A DNA stretch of 64,000 nucleotides from Felis catus (Eukaryota): NCBI RefSeq assembly GCF_018350175.1, contig NC_058369.1, positions 9,486,001-9,550,000 on the forward strand. Direction: 5' to 3'. Positions 62,263-64,000 of the stretch are shown piece by piece. The notes below the pieces were generated by a model that made no database searches, was not told the origin of the DNA, and saw only the letters and a list, made by a program, of their open reading frames with translations. Both the position numbers and the translations under genes were made by a program. Positions within the stretch are counted from its first letter, which is position 1, and each line of letters opens with the position of its first letter.

Positions 62263-62722
62263 TTATTGTTTTTACTACAATTGCAGCAACCAGTATTATA
62301 AGCCTTTCCTGGTCCTTTTTACCAATGTAAGTCTCGGTCTCTTCCCTTCACTGGAGGCCATCAACACCTACTCTCATCATGGGATTATACAAAGTGACTT
62401 TGTGTGTGTGTCTGGTGTCCTTCATTCAGCGTCATGTTTCTGTGCGTCCCAGCACTTTGTTCCTTTTTACGGATGAGTAGTATTCCTTTGTAAGGATGCG
62501 CAGTGCAATTCCTTTATCCATTCACCCACCGATGGCTGTTCCAGTCTCTTGGCTACCCGAAATAAGTAACTTAATAGAGACAAAATGCAGATTCACGTTT
62601 GCCGGGAGGTGAGGGAAGCAACTGCCTGATGGAAACAGGATTTCCTTTTCAGGGTGGTGATTCGGGACAATGAGAATATACTAAATGCCACTGAACTATT
62701 CACTTTAAAATGTTTAATTACA

Positions 62723-62941
62723 GGGGCGCCTGGGTGGCGCAGTCGGTTAAGCGTCGGACTTCAGCCAGGTCACGATCTCGCGGTCGGTGAGTTCGAGCCC
62801 CGCGTCGGGCTCTGGGCTGATGGCTCAGAGCCTGGAGCCTGTTTCCGATTCTGTGTCTCCCTCTCTCTCTGCCCCTCGCCCGTTCATGCTCTGTCTCTCT
62901 CTGTCTCAAAAATAAATAAATGTTAAAAAAAAATTTAAAAA
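62723..62941 (+). mobile_element. Young felid CAN-SINE (SINEC_Fc-like)
   Basis: CpG-intact body; perfect 16-bp TSD AAAATGTTTAATTACA. Confidence 0.96.
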
Positions 62942-64000
62942 AAAATGTTTAATTACATTACATGATAGAATTTCTCAACAATTTCTTCCATTTGTAAAAA
63001 AAAAAAAAAAAACAAAACAAAAAAAAGAAAAAACAAAAAAAAAAAGGTCTTGCCGGTTTGCTCCTTTTCTTGCTCCTAGATTCTCCGAGGTTCCGCGATA
63101 ATGTGTTTACGTGCTCATTCTCTCCTCTGAGCCATGAACTATGAACAGAAACCCCACCCAGACAGCCTTCAAGATCTTTCTTTTTAAATAACAAATGGGT
63201 TCAGTTATAAAAGGAATACGTGCTTATGGGTTTTTTTTTTCCATTTTACAATTTATATCGTGTCATTTAAAAAGTGAAGAGCCCGTACCTAAGCCCACTG
63301 GCCACAGATAGCCCACCACTAGCAATTTGCTGCTTATTTTTCAGGTATTTCCCTACACGCATTCTTTACACTGCCTGCCGTCTCTTCCTGAGTTACTCTT
63401 CCCCTAAATACGGGCAGGGCTCATTCCCCTGCATCCATCAGGTGGTACAAAAACGTCTTCCCAGCGAGGTTTCCCTGGGCTCCCAGATCTAAAGTCTCCG
63501 CCCGGCCAACATCACCATCCCTCTTCCCTCTTTGTTTTTTGCTACTTTTTAATTTTTTTAGCAACTTATCGCTTCAAACTACACATTTTATTTGTTTGTC
63601 TTACTGCCTCGGTCTCTTACTGGAATGTCAGCCCCTTCGGGGGCTTGTTCTCAGCTGGGTCCCGAGCATCTAGGGCCCATTACACACCAAGCGCTCGATA
63701 AATACTACCGAATGAGTGAAAGCAAACGTACGACATTGCATTTTCCCTTTTATGAAAACGGGATGGTGCTACGCAAGTGCCACCACTCGCCGCGCCCCTC
63801 ACCACACTGGACGCGTTTTTCCCTGTTGGTACATTGTCTCTTCCTCTTTTAAAAGGCCGTGCGGTATTCTTGCGAAGGAACGCCCCATCATTTAATATTC
63901 CCCTAAATGCTTCTAGTTTGTCTCTCTGACAAGCAGAGCTGTGATGAATAACCTGACCATGCAATCACATTCCCTGGGATGTCCCCTGTGTCCAGGGAGG

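Overview
Mammalian DNA, most likely a cat-family (felid) genome: it carries about 30 CAN-SINE/SINEC_Fc-type tRNA-derived SINEs. The whole window lies inside CACNA1A (Cav2.1 P/Q-type calcium channel alpha-1A), transcribed on the minus strand. Only two coding exons are present: exon 2 (54982-55087, [35 protein letters not shown]; missed by the ORF track) and exon 3 (52175-52314, [46 protein letters not shown]). Exon numbers come from recalled human gene structure. The rest is intron 1 (55088-64000), intron 2 and more than 52 kb of intron 3, filled with SINE, MIR, L2, L1, MLT1 and MER fragments, microsatellites and two N gaps. Intron 1 ends in a minor-spliceosome (U12) signal: TTCCTTAAT branch site plus an AC acceptor. 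I found no new protein-coding system; the long ORFs are repeat artefacts. The most interesting signals are non-coding: two near-consensus REST RE1 silencers, a 7 x 40-bp minisatellite inside an MLT1 LTR that multiplies an ATCACGTGAC E-box, a ~45 x 21-bp minisatellite with an internal palindrome and higher-order structure near exon 3, a triple RFX X-box cluster, an AP-1 cluster, two promoter-like intronic elements, closely spaced inverted SINE pairs, and signs of GC-biased drift. Repeat family names and motif matches are from memory of consensus sequences; repeat boundaries are approximate.
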